Positions 36,498 to 49,800 of a stretch of DNA of 64,000 nt are shown piece by piece (positions within the stretch are counted from its first letter, which is position 1; every line of letters begins with the position of its first letter). The DNA comes from Takakia lepidozioides. Taxonomy: Eukaryota; Plantae; Bryophyta. A program made the translations under genes and the position numbers. The stretch covers positions 65,162,001 through 65,226,000 of the forward strand of contig CM060733.1 in assembly GCA_030704615.1 (NCBI GenBank), in the 5' to 3' direction. The notes under the pieces are model-generated. The model saw only the letters and a program-made list of their open reading frames with translations. It searched no databases and had not been told where the DNA came from.

Positions 36498-39400
36498 TCA
36501 CCAGTAATCCCCACAAGAACACACCCCATTCTGGAAGTGATGAAAGCGGTTGGCATCCCTTGCAATAATTTCACGCCCGAGAACCTTGGAGATGAATTTC
36601 GTGGCAGCGTGGCAGTCGCCACAAACTCTAAGGTTTTTAATAATGTGGATAGGAGTTCCAGGGGGTGTGCTGATAATCCCGAAAGCAATCGCCAGCTTTT
36701 CACTGTGGTTGCCAAGAGCATGTTCCCTGTGCTCATGACCCACATCATGCAAAACAAAGCGTGTGTCAGGCACGTATCCAGCATCCTTCATCTTCCTGGT
36801 CAATCTAGCCAACTCAGAATAGATCTCCTCTGATTGTGGGTGTGATCTATCTTCTGCAACAAATATATGTATGTTGTTGTTGACCTCAATACAGCTGTGC
36901 CCTGGTTCCTTTTTCACACCTTTGTCCTCCATCTCTTTTCTTACCTTTACCACATCCTCCCATCTGCCAGCTGCTGCATATATGTTTGACAGCAGCACAT
37001 ACACTCCAGCATTTTGTGGATCCAACTTGAGAACATTTTGTGCAGCAGATTCTGCAAGCTCCACGTTGCCATGGATTCTGCAGGCACCAAGCAAGGCACC
37101 CCAAACTGAGGTACCTGCTACTGGCATTTTATTGATATAGTGCTGTGCCTCATCAAGACACCCTGCACGACCGAGAAGGTCCACCATGCAGCCGTAGTGC
37201 TCCGTTACTGGTGTGATACCATGATCGAGTGTCATGGAGTGAAAGAAGTGACACCCTTCATCCACTAGGCCCGCATGACTGCAGGCAGAGAGAACCCCAA
37301 TGAAGGTGAACATGTCCGGTTTCACTCCTTCCTGTTGCATTTTTCCAAAAAGTTGGAGGGCCTGCTGGCCACATCCATGCAAAGAATATCCCATAATCAT
37401 TGCATTCCAAGAGACCACATCTTGTTTAGGGATTCTGTCAAACACTTGCCGAGCATCCACAACACAACCACACTTGGCATACATGCTGACAAGGGCATTG
37501 GCTACATGTAGTTCTGACTCAACTCCGGCTTTGATGATGTGCGCATGCACCTGCTTGCCCTGTTCCAGAGCTGCTAGGCTGGCGCATGTGTTGAGGATGT
37601 TCACAAAAGTGACCTTGTTTGGTTTCACACCTTCTGATCGCATTTGATGCACAAGTTTAAAAACCTCCTGACCTTGACCATGCTGCAAATATCCTGAAAT
37701 CATGGCATTCCATGAGACCACGTCTCGATTAGGCATTTTGTCAAAGACTTGCCGCGCATCCATCAAATTCCCACACTTGTAATACATGTTGACAAGTGCA
37801 GTCCATAAGACTACATCAGGCTGAGGCATTTTCTCGAACACAGCACGTGCTTCCAGCATACTCCCACATTGGGCATACATGCTGACAAGGGCAGTCCCAA
37901 CACGGACATCTGACTCAAATCCAGCTTTGATGATGTGAGAATGGACCCAGTTTCCAAGTTCTAACGCTTCTGGGCTGGCACATGCTTTAAGGATGGTAAT
38001 GAAAGTGACCTTGTTTGGCGTTACACCAACTTGTTGCATTTTCTCAAAGAGTTCCAATGCCTCCTGACAATTTCCTTGCTGAACACATCCTTCAATCATT
38101 GTAGTCCATGACACCACATTTCGTCTAGGAAGTTTATCAAATACTAGGTGTGCATCCAATAGGCTCCCACAGTTACAATACATCCTTACAAGGGAAGTCC
38201 CCACATAGAGATCTGACTCGAATCCACCTTTAATAATCTCGGTATGGACCTGCTTGCCCTGTTCCAAATATGCTGGGCTGGCAAATGCATTGAGGATGGC
38301 AAGGAATGTGACCTTGTCAGGCCTTACGCCTCCCTGTTGCATTTGCTGAAAAAGTTCAAAAGCCTGTTCAAAATGACTCTGCTGAGCACATCCTGCAATC
38401 ATTGCTGTCCATGAGACAACATTTCGCATAGGCATGGCATCGAACACTCGGCGTGCATCCACCAAACTCCCACACTTGGCATACATGCTGACAAGAGCAT
38501 TCCCAACACTGACAGCTGACTCAAAACCAGCTTTGATGATCTTGGCATGGACCTGCTTACCACATTCCAGAGCTGGTGGACATGCACATCCGCTCATCAT
38601 GCTCATGAAGGTGACCTCGTTTGGCTTCAAACCTTCTCCTTCCATTTCTCCCAAGAGCTCCCATGCCTTTTCACAGTGACCCTGCTGAGAAAATCCTGCA
38701 ATCATTGCAGTCCATGAGACCACATCTCGTTTCTGCATTTTATCAAATACTTGGTGTGCATCCACCACACATCCACACTTGCAATACATGCCTACAAGAG
38801 CAGTTCCCACACGGACATCTGACTCAAATCCAGCTTTGATTATGTGGGCATGGACCCACTTGCCCTGTTCCAGAGCTGCATGGGTGCCACATACGCTGAG
38901 GATGGTAATGAAAGTGACCTTATCCGGCTTTATGCCCTCTCGCAGCATTTGGCAAAAGAGTTCCAGTGCCTCTTCGAGGTGCCCTTCCTGGGTGATTCCT
39001 GCAATTATACAGGTCCAAGAAATCACATCTCGTTTGGGCATTTTGTTGAACACTAGGCGTGCATCTACAAGACTGCCACACTTGGCATACATGCTGACAA
39101 GGCTGTTCCCTAGCAAAATGTTGGGATCCCATCCACTTTTTATGATATGATCATGAACCTGCTTGCCTTCTGCCAGGGCTTTCATCTTGGCACACCCCTG
39201 CAAGAGGTGAGCATAGATATCTGGGTATGCCGGGATGCCTTGTTGGTCCATAAGATCCAAAATGTGCACTGCATCCTTCAATTCTCCCTTCCTACACAGA
39301 GCCCTCACGTCCCCAATGGTGCCAAATGGGTCGTTGTTGCCTCCTTTCTTTGGATTTTCTCTCTGCCTTCCGCTAATAGCATTGGTAAGGGTGGCTGTGC

Positions 39401-39512
39401 CAACAATATTGCACTTGCTGCCCAGCTGTGGCTGACTCCACAGTTGGAATCCCACCACCCTGCATGATATTTTGAAATGAAAATTACATACTTTTAATAT
39501 CACATTTCTCAA
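36498..39512 (-). CDS. PLS-class PPR protein with E and DYW domains (organellar C-to-U RNA editing factor)
   Basis: 1004-aa open frame of P-L-S triplets, E1/E2, PG box KKEPGHSCIE, HSEKLA, CGDCH and terminal CSCGDYW. The true start is probably in an upstream exon (in-frame candidate 39861-39830 spliced to about 39460). Confidence 0.95.
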   Translation of the reverse strand: MRNVILKVCNFHFKISCRVVGFQLWSQPQLGSKCNIVGTATLTNAISGRQRENPKKGGNNDPFGTIGDVRALCRKGELKDAVHILDLMDQQGIPAYPDIYAHLLQGCAKMKALAEGKQVHDHIIKSGWDPNILLGNSLVSMYAKCGSLVDARLVFNKMPKRDVISWTCIIAGITQEGHLEEALELFCQMLREGIKPDKVTFITILSVCGTHAALEQGKWVHAHIIKAGFESDVRVGTALVGMYCKCGCVVDAHQVFDKMQKRDVVSWTAMIAGFSQQGHCEKAWELLGEMEGEGLKPNEVTFMSMMSGCACPPALECGKQVHAKIIKAGFESAVSVGNALVSMYAKCGSLVDARRVFDAMPMRNVVSWTAMIAGCAQQSHFEQAFELFQQMQQGGVRPDKVTFLAILNAFASPAYLEQGKQVHTEIIKGGFESDLYVGTSLVRMYCNCGSLLDAHLVFDKLPRRNVVSWTTMIEGCVQQGNCQEALELFEKMQQVGVTPNKVTFITILKACASPEALELGNWVHSHIIKAGFESDVRVGTALVSMYAQCGSMLEARAVFEKMPQPDVVLWTALVNMYYKCGNLMDARQVFDKMPNRDVVSWNAMISGYLQHGQGQEVFKLVHQMRSEGVKPNKVTFVNILNTCASLAALEQGKQVHAHIIKAGVESELHVANALVSMYAKCGCVVDARQVFDRIPKQDVVSWNAMIMGYSLHGCGQQALQLFGKMQQEGVKPDMFTFIGVLSACSHAGLVDEGCHFFHSMTLDHGITPVTEHYGCMVDLLGRAGCLDEAQHYINKMPVAGTSVWGALLGACRIHGNVELAESAAQNVLKLDPQNAGVYVLLSNIYAAAGRWEDVVKVRKEMEDKGVKKEPGHSCIEVNNNIHIFVAEDRSHPQSEEIYSELARLTRKMKDAGYVPDTRFVLHDVGHEHREHALGNHSEKLAIAFGIISTPPGTPIHIIKNLRVCGDCHAATKFISKVLGREIIARDANRFHHFQNGVCSCGDYW

Positions 39513-41497
39513 AAATTTATTACAGAGACAACCAAAAGATCAACGCCGATGTCTGTCAGGCCATTCAAAACACTTTTTCCAATTCTATTACAATCTCTGT
39601 TCTTCTATTTCTTTTTTTATTGATTCCAACGAAGACTCGTTGCATGACGGAGAGATGGAATCTGAGAGCATACCGAACAGTCCAGGTTGGTCTTTGTAAG
39701 CCCATTACGTTGGGAGTATGAGTGGATCCCCAGTGTATTGCATCCTTGATCCAGCAAAACAAACGTAAGGAGGCTAATTGCCTGCAAAAAGACAAATGTT
39801 AGAAACAGGAAAACACAGTAAGAACACACCTCCCCTCACATTGCAGGAGTATGGCTATCATGGGCAGTTCCAATGCAAAATCATTCAAAACATAAAGGGA
39901 AGACGGAAAAAATCAGATAGTTAATGGATGGAGAATGACTGATAGTGGCATCTTCAGGATTCAAACCTAAACCCCAGAGGCTACAGAGTGCATACTCTCT
40001 CTGTATTCCAGAGCGCTACAGGTCTGAAGAAGATATAGTAGCAAGCATGTTGCACCCTCTATTATAGGACCAAGTCTGACTGCAAGAATAAACCTGGCCA
40101 CTGTCGATATACCTAGACACACAAGCGCTCTGATGCCACAGCTGGCATTGGTATGTAGTTTAACGACGAGATGAGCTGACAAGGCGGGTAGTATGATAAA
40201 CGCCCTCCTTTCTCTTCCAGCTAAACACTGCATGAAGCTGCAGCGCTGAGGATGTAAAGGAGCGGTCTGTTGTGCGCTTGTGTTTGTGAGAAAGCGATTT
40301 CGGAGTGAGAGTGGAATCTCTCCACGAGGTATCAAACAGCTTAAAGATGCAACCTTGTCACAAGCTGGACAATTTCGGGGATTGTGGGGTCCCGAAAAAC
40401 AGATTGATAATTGATCAAGGACGCATCCTACTCGTGACTCAACTTGCGCTATTTGATGCGCTCGTAAAAGGAGAGAGAGAGAGAGAGAGAGAACTAGACC
40501 AGTGACCCGGTCGAACATTCGCACCCTTCCCACAATACTTGGAGAAGACGAACGTTGAATGCACTAGTCCAATTTGACCGAAAGCCGACGTTGATGGGGG
40601 AACTACGGTTCAAGGCTTTCGAACTTGGAAGAAATAGAGAAGCATTCCTCCCAATGAGAGTAAGTTGCACAACTCAATGATTCGAGATGGTGAACATTGT
40701 ACAATCAAAAAGCTAGAATACAACTGTTGACGAAGTCTATCTTCTGATTACGAACATAACATGAAATCTGCAGTTGCCCTACTTTGGGCACTCCTAACTT
40801 CAGATGGGCTATGGATGGGACTAGGAGCTGTGATAAATTGCTCGTCATTTCCTGTCAGACCCTGCCCTGTCCAGTGTGCTTGGTGAATTGGAGGGGTCAA
40901 GCAATCCACTGGCCCCAGAGCACCAGTCTGTCACGCCTTCAGTTGTCTAATATTTATTTCCAAGGGACTGAATCACAACAATGCAAGTGCAAGTAGGCGA
41001 TTCACAAAGGACTCCTCTCAAACAACCTCTCAGTACTATCCAATTCGCCAGAATCTCCTCAATGGTAACACAACATGCAGGTACATACTGTTGAATTAGG
41101 TCAATGTAGGAACCCAAAATTCAGCAGTGTTGCACAATTTCACCACTTATTGTTGTCACCAACGTGTATGTATGTCTTCAGTTTTCATTAGCCAACAGCC
41201 GGACACATCAACCACACGGAACAGATACAAAGATTGGTTTTCTAGGCCATCCCTACAAAATCCTGCATCTTCATTGAGTTCTACTGTTATTGCAAACCTG
41301 TGTAACTGGAACGAGTTGAACCATAGGAAAAGAGTAAAGCAGCAAACCCCCAATGACAACAACATATGCAAGCAACTACAACACCGAATTAGAGTATACT
41401 CTTTCCTTATAAGGTGCAGATTTCAACCAAGTCCACAAAATTAGCCTACTACACTCCCTTCAACTAGAAGACAGGGTGGCAATGCAATCACTGAAGC

Positions 41498-43367
41498 TCA
41501 AACAGCGGTGAACACTTTCTTGTTTCCTCCATCAGACGCTCCCATGGGGATCACCTTCAAGACGTTGAATCGCACAGTCTTGGACAATGGCCTGAGAAAC
41601 CATAAAATTCACACTTCAAATGACCTTGACAGTGCTTGCCAATTTTTCAATTAACAGTCTATCAAAACTCAAATAGAATGCAGTAGCCTGAGTTAAGCTT
41701 GAGACGCTCACCTGCACTGACCAATGATGACTTTATCTCCCTCCTTCACCCGAAAGGCTGGTGAGACATGAGCTGACAGATTTGAATGCCGCTTCTCATA
41801 TCTGATAAACAGGATTATCATCACATTAACTCCAATAAAGCCAACTAATTAGGGTACATATAACCAACCAAAATCCTGTACTGATAAGCTAGAATTTACT
41901 TTCAAACACCTACCACATGCCGGTCGTCAGCCCTGGCAAAACGATTCCTTTTACACCAATACGATGAGCCATGTCAGGCTCCAGCCAGCACAAATAAGGG
42001 CCACTTCCCCAGTCGGTACTGCCCGCTGTTGGGAGGTGAGCTCTGGCCCATCTTACGACACGGAAGAGGCAACCATAGAAGTATAACAAATGCCCATTCA
42101 CAAGAAAATGTGGTCATAACTGACTGTTTCGCGGCAGTCATCAAGGGGTTAGTTGATAAGATAGAAAGTGCCTTGCATAGTAAAAGTGAAACCAAGGCTT
42201 CCACAACTATGCACCATCCCTGAAACAGCCACCACAAAAACCTTACCGCTGGTATTTTCTGACAAAGTGCAGGTAATCCCGGCGCACTGTGATAGTGCGG
42301 GTCATCTTTGTGCAGTTAACGGTTCCCGTCAAAATACGACCCCGGATTGACACATTGCCAGTGAATGGGCACTTCTTGTCAATGTAAGTACCTGCAGAGA
42401 GTATTAAAACACACACTATTAACCACCTGCATGAGTTTTCCCTCGTTTTACTACAGAGAGTAGATAGTTTCGAGCAAGAGGTCTGTCACTTCCTTCCTAC
42501 ACCACATAGATATCTTTCAAGTTATCCGTGCACAAAACACCAGTGCCGCATTTAACGACCTAATTTGTTAAGATGCTACCCACTAGAACTCTATTCAGAT
42601 ATTCTGAATAGCACATAACTCTATTTTGAAGACTGTACCCAATTCGAAGTCACACAAAGCGAGTTTGTGGCAGCTATTACCTTCAATAGCTTCACGGGGT
42701 GTCTTGAACCCAAGACCCACATTCTTCCAGAAGCGAGTTCCAGCCTTCCCTGGTGCCTTTCCCTTGACCGACTTCTTGCTACTGCAGGGGACAGGATGCA
42801 TAGAAATGCTTGGGAGTGACTAGAAATGCTTGGGCTTGAGGTAACCCAAAATAGAAGGCAACAACTCCCCTCGTCGGAATTCAACAAAACGGCTTTGATG
42901 TGCATTTGAAGGGGTTCGAGACCGTACCTGAGAAAAACCTTGGGTTGTTTCAAGAAGGATCGCTCAGTCTGCACAACAAAAATAAACGACACACGAGACG
43001 AATAAGAGAATATGGTACAAAAGCTCGTGCACACTACAACTCTAATATGAATCCTCTTCCTTGTTCCAACACAAACAAGTGCCTGGACATGAAAGCATAT
43101 CTAAGCTCAGCTCTTAAGGTAGCGCTAGATCCTACAAAGCAAGGAGAGCATCAAGTGGCATAAATGAGCTTGGAACAAGGCTAAAACACATGAACATGTT
43201 AACGCTCTACAAATCCAACGAAACAAAAGTGAACACCCTGAAAGCAGTGCTAGAAGCTTACACACTGGATAACCGCAATTGAACCCAGAAAGCATCACAA
43301 AGATAAACGAAAACCCACATCGATCTTTGCGAGAGAGACCCAAACCCCACATTACCTGCTCTGCCAT
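41498..43367 (-). CDS. RPS11: 40S ribosomal protein S11 (uS17), six coding exons
   Basis: MAEQ | [13 protein letters not shown] | [28 protein letters not shown] | [21 protein letters not shown]...[13 protein letters not shown] | [14 protein letters not shown]...GQC | [16 protein letters not shown]...FTAV*, joined by GT-AG introns. Confidence 0.95.
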
Positions 43368-43804
43368 GGCTGCGATGCGTCGACAAGGCGCCCACTACAC
43401 TCCGATGCGTGAGAGCTAGAATGGAGTCCTGATAGCAGCCTTCACAGACTTAGGGTTTCTCCAGTAGGCTCGTACCCGAACCACACAGCTACGGACCTCC
43501 AAATTGGACAGAGACATTCTTCCATTTGCCAAGTCATCCTTCCTTTTCTGTTCATTCATTATTCATCCATTAGGGCTCAAACCTCTTGCCCCTTCACACT
43601 GACACATTGACCCTACTTCCGTGCCATCCGGTAAACGCCACGTGTACAGAGCCCACCTACTACTGACAGCAGTACCCAAATGGAGAGTGCAGTGGTGAGT
43701 GAGATCCTTTGTTGTTTTGAGGCAGAAAATAGATTTTGCGTTCTGCAGTGAAGATCCAATCGCGCTGCCGCCATGGCTCGGGTACCACCCCTCCCCTGCT
43801 CAAT
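43368..43804. promoter_or_regulatory. Short divergent promoter region between RPS11 and citrate synthase, with telo-box and G-box
   Basis: TTAGGGTTT at 43450-43458 (rc AAACCCTAA, the telo-box of plant ribosomal protein genes). GCCACGTG near 43637. Head-to-head genes. Confidence 0.55.
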
Positions 43805-46800
43805 ATGGTGTTCATTTCCTCACTCTCGTCGAAGCATGCGATTGGGAAGACTGGGTTCTCCAGTTGTATTTTGTATCTCTGGAATTCAGTGATACAGGAA
43901 AGGAGGCCAAGATGTTCCTGCTCTGAGTTTCCTATATCTTGCATTTTGAAGGAAGTGTGGAGTGCATATTGGGTGGGTCGGGTGATGGCCCTCGAGCGAT
44001 GTTCAGTTGCCATGAACGCGCAATTGCCTGGGATCTTGTCGTGACCCGCCCCATTAGTCGGAAGACAATAATATGAATTGTGAATTGTTTTTTCCTGTCA
44101 AAAAAGACTGTGGTTGAGCAAGTCATTGAATAAGTCTTCAACAAGGGCATCGAGCTGGATCACACGGGAGAGTGAGTTCAAGAAGTATACGTAACAAGAT
44201 GATTCTAATGCACTTGCTGGCGTTGATTTAATTTACGCAGGGAGCACGCTTCCTGCTTGATCAAGCCAAGCCAGGACACGCTGCGCGATGGGTCCGGTTG
44301 TATCAGACAACTGTTACCAAAGTCAATACGGTAACGGTCAGACTCCTCATTGTCAGTTGTTTTCTGATGCATATACTGTTCATGTAAATTACGGTTAGGA
44401 TCGTGGTGTCTCACCGCTTACCATTGTCATAGCCAAGAATTTGAATATGTGGGTGTCCATTTTTCATTCGAGAAGGTCAGCTTAAGTGATTCCTATACAG
44501 GTATTTGACTAACAGCAGTTCCAGAATCATGAGGATACTGGAACACCATTAGGAAAATTTTTCTCTTATCAAGAGTGGTAATCCATGTGTCTTGATGGAT
44601 GCATTGAAACTTCAAGGCATATTTGATTCCATATGTTCTAGATAGAGGTCAATCGCAGTTTCTCATTTTCGTCGTCTGCAAAGCAAGCCATAAGTGGCTA
44701 AGAACCAACTCAAAGGTGACCTTGTTGTAGCTGTAGTAGTGGTCTAGGTTTACTTGCATAGTTTAAAAACAGTCTTTTGGGGCCATTTTGAGGGTCAATT
44801 TTTGGAAGTAAATATTCAGATATTGTGGCGAATATCTTTTATGTGCAGGACCTCCGGTCACTGATAGAAGAGATGGTTCCACGGGAGCAGGTATGACCTT
44901 TCACCCTCTTGAGTGTACTTACTACATACTTTGGCTTCCATGTAGTGACATGTGATGTTGTTCATTATCTAAGTGTATGTACTTGCGCGGGCCAAACCAC
45001 TGACTAACCTTCATCATGGGTGCTGGAATAAAGAAGTAACCGGTTGTGAAGCATGGAATGCCATTTGCAACTCAAGAAAGGCTGGATTGTTGTTCTTGGT
45101 CTGTTGGCCATTGTTCTGGTCCCTAGGGAGCTTGGGGATTCCTAAAAGGACATGGTCGATGAAAGCCCTGAGTTGCTGTTCTTCTTCCAGTCACAAGCAT
45201 TCATGTTAATTCACCAAGAGTTGCTAGTGCTTGTGTGGAACAGTACCCCCTGGAATTTCCTCAGGGTAATGTCATTCTGCAAAGCTTTGTAGGCAGGTCA
45301 ACCCTGATATCGGGGGTCTGACTTGCTTTGGGTGGTTAACATCAAAGTCTACTTCACTGCATTGTCTTAAACATTCCTGTTTCATTTCTACTCCATTGGA
45401 GTTGATTGAAGTGGCCCAATGGAGTAGATTGAAGCTGTACAAGCTATATCTACTCAGGGAGCCATTATTAGTTAGACTGAAATATGGAAAATTTGGCAGG
45501 ACCGATTAAAGGAGATCAAATCCAAGTACGGGCAGGTCTCTCTTGGGGAGACTACTGTGGACATGGTACTTGAAAGCGTTTCTTTTTATAGACGATGTCA
45601 TTTTGGCTTTGAAGGATATGGTCAGGGTTATTTTCCTACTACTGCAGAGGCATGTGACTTGTTTATTGATTCCCTTCACGTCGTCTCCCAATGCAATAGA
45701 TTTGAATACATGGGAATTGTATCAGTGCTGGGATGGCAGAAATCGTTCGTCCCTTTTTTTTTGAAACAGCCTCTGCAGAAATGCTCACTGAAAAACTCTT
45801 GAGATGGTGTTGCACACTGTGAGTCAGGATCATATCCTATCTCTCATTCCGGGTGTAACATTGAGATTCTGGGTTTTGTCAGGCCGTTGGAGGGATGCGA
45901 GGCATCAAAGGCATGTTGTGGGAGACCTCATTGCTTGATCCTGATGAGGCATCTTCTCTGTCTCTATCTGTCCTATGTCTTGAAGGGGTTCAGTTTATTT
46001 GCTTCTGCATGAAAATCAGCATATGTGGTTCTGTCTGTTCTTTGGGCAGCTGGAAATGCTAAGTCCAGCAGTGTTGATACGAGTGTTATTTTGACAAAAT
46101 TATTACATTCTGCACAACTGTTCACGTGTTTTTGAGCCATGTCTAATACTGGAGACGCAAGTTCACCAAAACTGGGATTCTACAGGGTATTCGCTTCAGG
46201 GGTCTTTCAATTCCTGAATGCCAAGCAAAGCTTCCTGCAGCCAAATCAGGGGGTGAACCACTCCCAGAAGGCCTGTTGTGGCTGCTGGCCACAGGAGAGG
46301 TATGCAATTTCAATTGCATTTGGACCAATACATGCAGCCTGTTTGTCCCTACTGTACTGAGCGAACTGTCTTATATTTTTTATGTGTTTCTGAGAACACA
46401 AGAATACCATTAGTGTAGGAAATTTGGATTTCCCTTCGCCTCTTTCCATGGAGCAAGTGTTTCTCACTACAAGTGTCCAAGGGGACCTCTTGTGCCACTT
46501 CTTACACTTCAATTGTGTGGATGTATCTTAAGCAAACATATACATTTTGGTCAGAACCCTGGTGGTGTCTAACCTAGGTTCATCTGGCATGGCGTGATTG
46601 GACCAAAACCTGCCCACAAAGTGATGTACACGTTTGTTGGTTCTAAGCATCAGACAACTCTAGCTAGAACCAGTCAAGGAGTGCGCTGGTATTTGTGTTG
46701 CTTAACAATGTACCATATAATCGTTGTGCATTGCAGCTGCCCACTAAAGAGCAAGTAGCCGCTTTGTCCGAAGACCTGCGAGGCCGCTCCAAGGTGCCAG

Positions 46801-49800
46801 GTATGTTCCATGGACCCATAGTAGCAAAGCTAGAAGTTTTTGGAGGCTTCAAGGGCAATAAGCAGTAATGGCCCAAGAAATTTTAGTGTTAATTTATCCA
46901 CTCTGCACTCCATTTTTATCATGCATTTCTAACTAGCTAGTACTTCATAGGTGTTTTTTCTCTAGTATAAGTATTTTTTCCCCCAAAATTGACATTTTTG
47001 CAGTGGCCTCGCATGCCAAGGACATTCCGTTTTCGAAATCTGCAGACTTTTCTGCTTTTTGACTCACACGGTTGACTATTAAAAGAAGAGGGGATCTGTA
47101 CAGATCTCAGAAACAATGAGTAATACAGTCTTTGATCACCTAAGTGCGGTTACTGTGGCCTTTCAAGGTTAGACAGGCAGAATGCTCCTTAGTACAGTCA
47201 TGTTTGAACTAGCATAAGTGTAGCCCCAGGTAAGCAAATATGCTGCAGGCCTCATGCTTTTGGCGTTGCAGGGGCAGTAAGGACTGTTGTCTTATTGCAG
47301 GGCATGTTTTTGATGTCATAAATGCACTTCCAAAGACAGCACATCCGATGACACAACTGACTGCTGGCATTATGGCCCTCCAGGTGTGTTTATCAATAGG
47401 AACTTCTCCAGTTTTAGTTTTGGCAGACACAGGCTGAGGTCGTTGATATTCAACTTCTACAAAATGGTTGCTATGCCTCTTGAATTCCACCTTTCCTTTA
47501 TCTTCTTTTTCCGAAATAGTACTTTGTCTTGACATTCCAGTTACCTCTGGGAGAGGTGTATTCTGCCCATGGAATGTGGGCCACCATGGCCTCTTGGGGA
47601 CACCCTTCAATAAGCACTGCTAAATGGGAGCTTCAGCACTTGAGCAGAGTAATCCTGGGTAGTCAGTCTCCTGACGTAAATATGTATGATCTGTGCTTGT
47701 AAGATTTGCTCTCCTACTTTCCGTCTCACCTGTTACCTCCTTGTTTATTCTCCTATCTGACAAGACATCTGCATGCTGTGCCCTCATTGCAGACTCAAAG
47801 TGAATTCGTGAAGGCATATGAAAAAGGAATTGCAAAAACAAAGTAAGCAGAGGTTTCCCTTTGGTGTCCTTGTGACCAGCTCTTTCTTTAGGAGCTCATT
47901 GCATCTATATCAAAGTTGCTGGCCTTAGGAAGGTTACAGGGTTGACGTTCTTGACCACCTTTAATGACTAGCAAATCTTGCATGTGTAGATCACCTTTGG
48001 GTTTTGTGCGAAGGGTAGAAGCCATGTTTCACATGACCAACCTTTTCTGACTATTCAAGTTGGATAAACAGAATGGATGTCCTGTCGCACTCTTGTCAAA
48101 TGGAAGGAATATGTATACCCTTGAAATCAGGGGTGCCAGTGCCCCCTGTTGGGTGCTGCTAAATAGAGGAGTGTTAGCTAATGTTACTTGACTGATTGCT
48201 CTCACAAGCAGCCTCCAGAGAAGGCTAGCTGCCTTTCAATATCATTCTATGCTAGAACATGGTCAGCGTTTGTGAGCTTTTTACAGGTTGAGCATTCCAT
48301 CATCATTATGATGGCTTGGGATTGAAAAGGAATCATGTTTGTGATGTCTTCAAGTTCTGACTTACAGATTCTGGGAGCCCACATATGAAGACTCTTTGAA
48401 TTTGATTGCCCAGTTGCCAGAAGTTGCGGCCTTCATCTACCGTAGGTGTGTCCCTGGGGAGTACCTCTCTCATCCTGAGCAATAGGTTGGTTTTGGATTA
48501 TAGGCTCATTTAGATATGAGTTGAACCAAGAACTGCTCGATGGTGTTCTGTATGGTGATTCTATGCATATATGTTGACGGAAGCAGGCATAGTACTACTT
48601 AGCCAACATGATACAACCAATGTTCACAATTTTTAGGCCTGTACATGGTCTGACCAGCCCTCCCTTTGCTATCCTGGAAATTTCACTGTGATGTGTCAGT
48701 GTGAGGGAGTCTTTGTATGACATCGTTTGCACCACAAACAGAGTGCTATGTATGTAAGATGTTGAAAACTGCAACCTTGAAATGAGCATTCAGGGTTTCC
48801 AGAGGAGGGGATGCTTTTCTAAATAGGACTGTGTGGCAGAATATACAAGGGGGGCGTTTTGATTGGATCTGATTCAAGTCTCGACTATGCTGCAAATTTT
48901 GCACACATGCTGGGCTTCGAGGATGAGAAAATGCATGAGCTCATGCGCCTCTATGTCAGCATCCACAGGTTCTCCCACTTCACTTCTTTTTGGCAAAAAG
49001 GGTCGCATGTTTCTGACTTCCTCTCTGTAGGTGATTAGCTTCTGTGTCCATGAAAATGACCATGTCTCCGTATTCACTGTACCTCATTCTATTGTCAGGG
49101 ATGAAATCAAATGATGTATGACATATTCGTTCTTGTCTCATCTTAAAGTGATGTTTTGTTGTGGCGCTATGGTTTGGCTGAGTTACTGGCAGCGATCACG
49201 AGGGTGGCAACGTGAGTGCCCACACTGTCCATCTGGTATGTCCAAACTCTTTGTTCTCACTCTCTTGTCAGCTTGAAAAAACTGGCATACTGTCCGATAT
49301 GTGTGTTCTGTTGATCTCTCCATCTTCCGTATCTGAGCACCCTTATGACTGGACTCCTACAAACGCTTTCGAACAGCTTCCCACTATTGAATGGGTCTGT
49401 TATGCAGACGACTATGTTATGATGTGGGCTTCAATTATTGAATGTTCTCAGGTTGGAAGTGCGCTGTCTGATCCTTATCTCTCATTTGCTGCCGGGATGA
49501 ACGGATTGGCAGGTCCTCTGCATGGCCTTGCAAATCAGGTGTGTGGTGACCAATCACCAACATTTTGGATAACTCAGATGTCTGCTCTACCATAGTTTCT
49601 CGTAGGCTACGTTGCATCTTCTATGAGCAGATATGCACCTACATGTTACCAAACAAACTCCTCACTAAACTGTTGTTATCCATAGAAGGCGCCATTTCCA
49701 ATAATTGACAGCATATATAATAGGTGAAACTAGTTCACCCAGTGAGTTTTCAATGTAGGTGGGGTCGGTTGGTTACTAACATTTGCAGAAGGTATCAGGA

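Noticed and set aside
36537-39467. Several plus-strand ORFs opposite the PPR gene (likewise antisense ORFs over pol and the transposase)
   Set aside because: Antisense shadows of repetitive coding sequence with no independent motifs.
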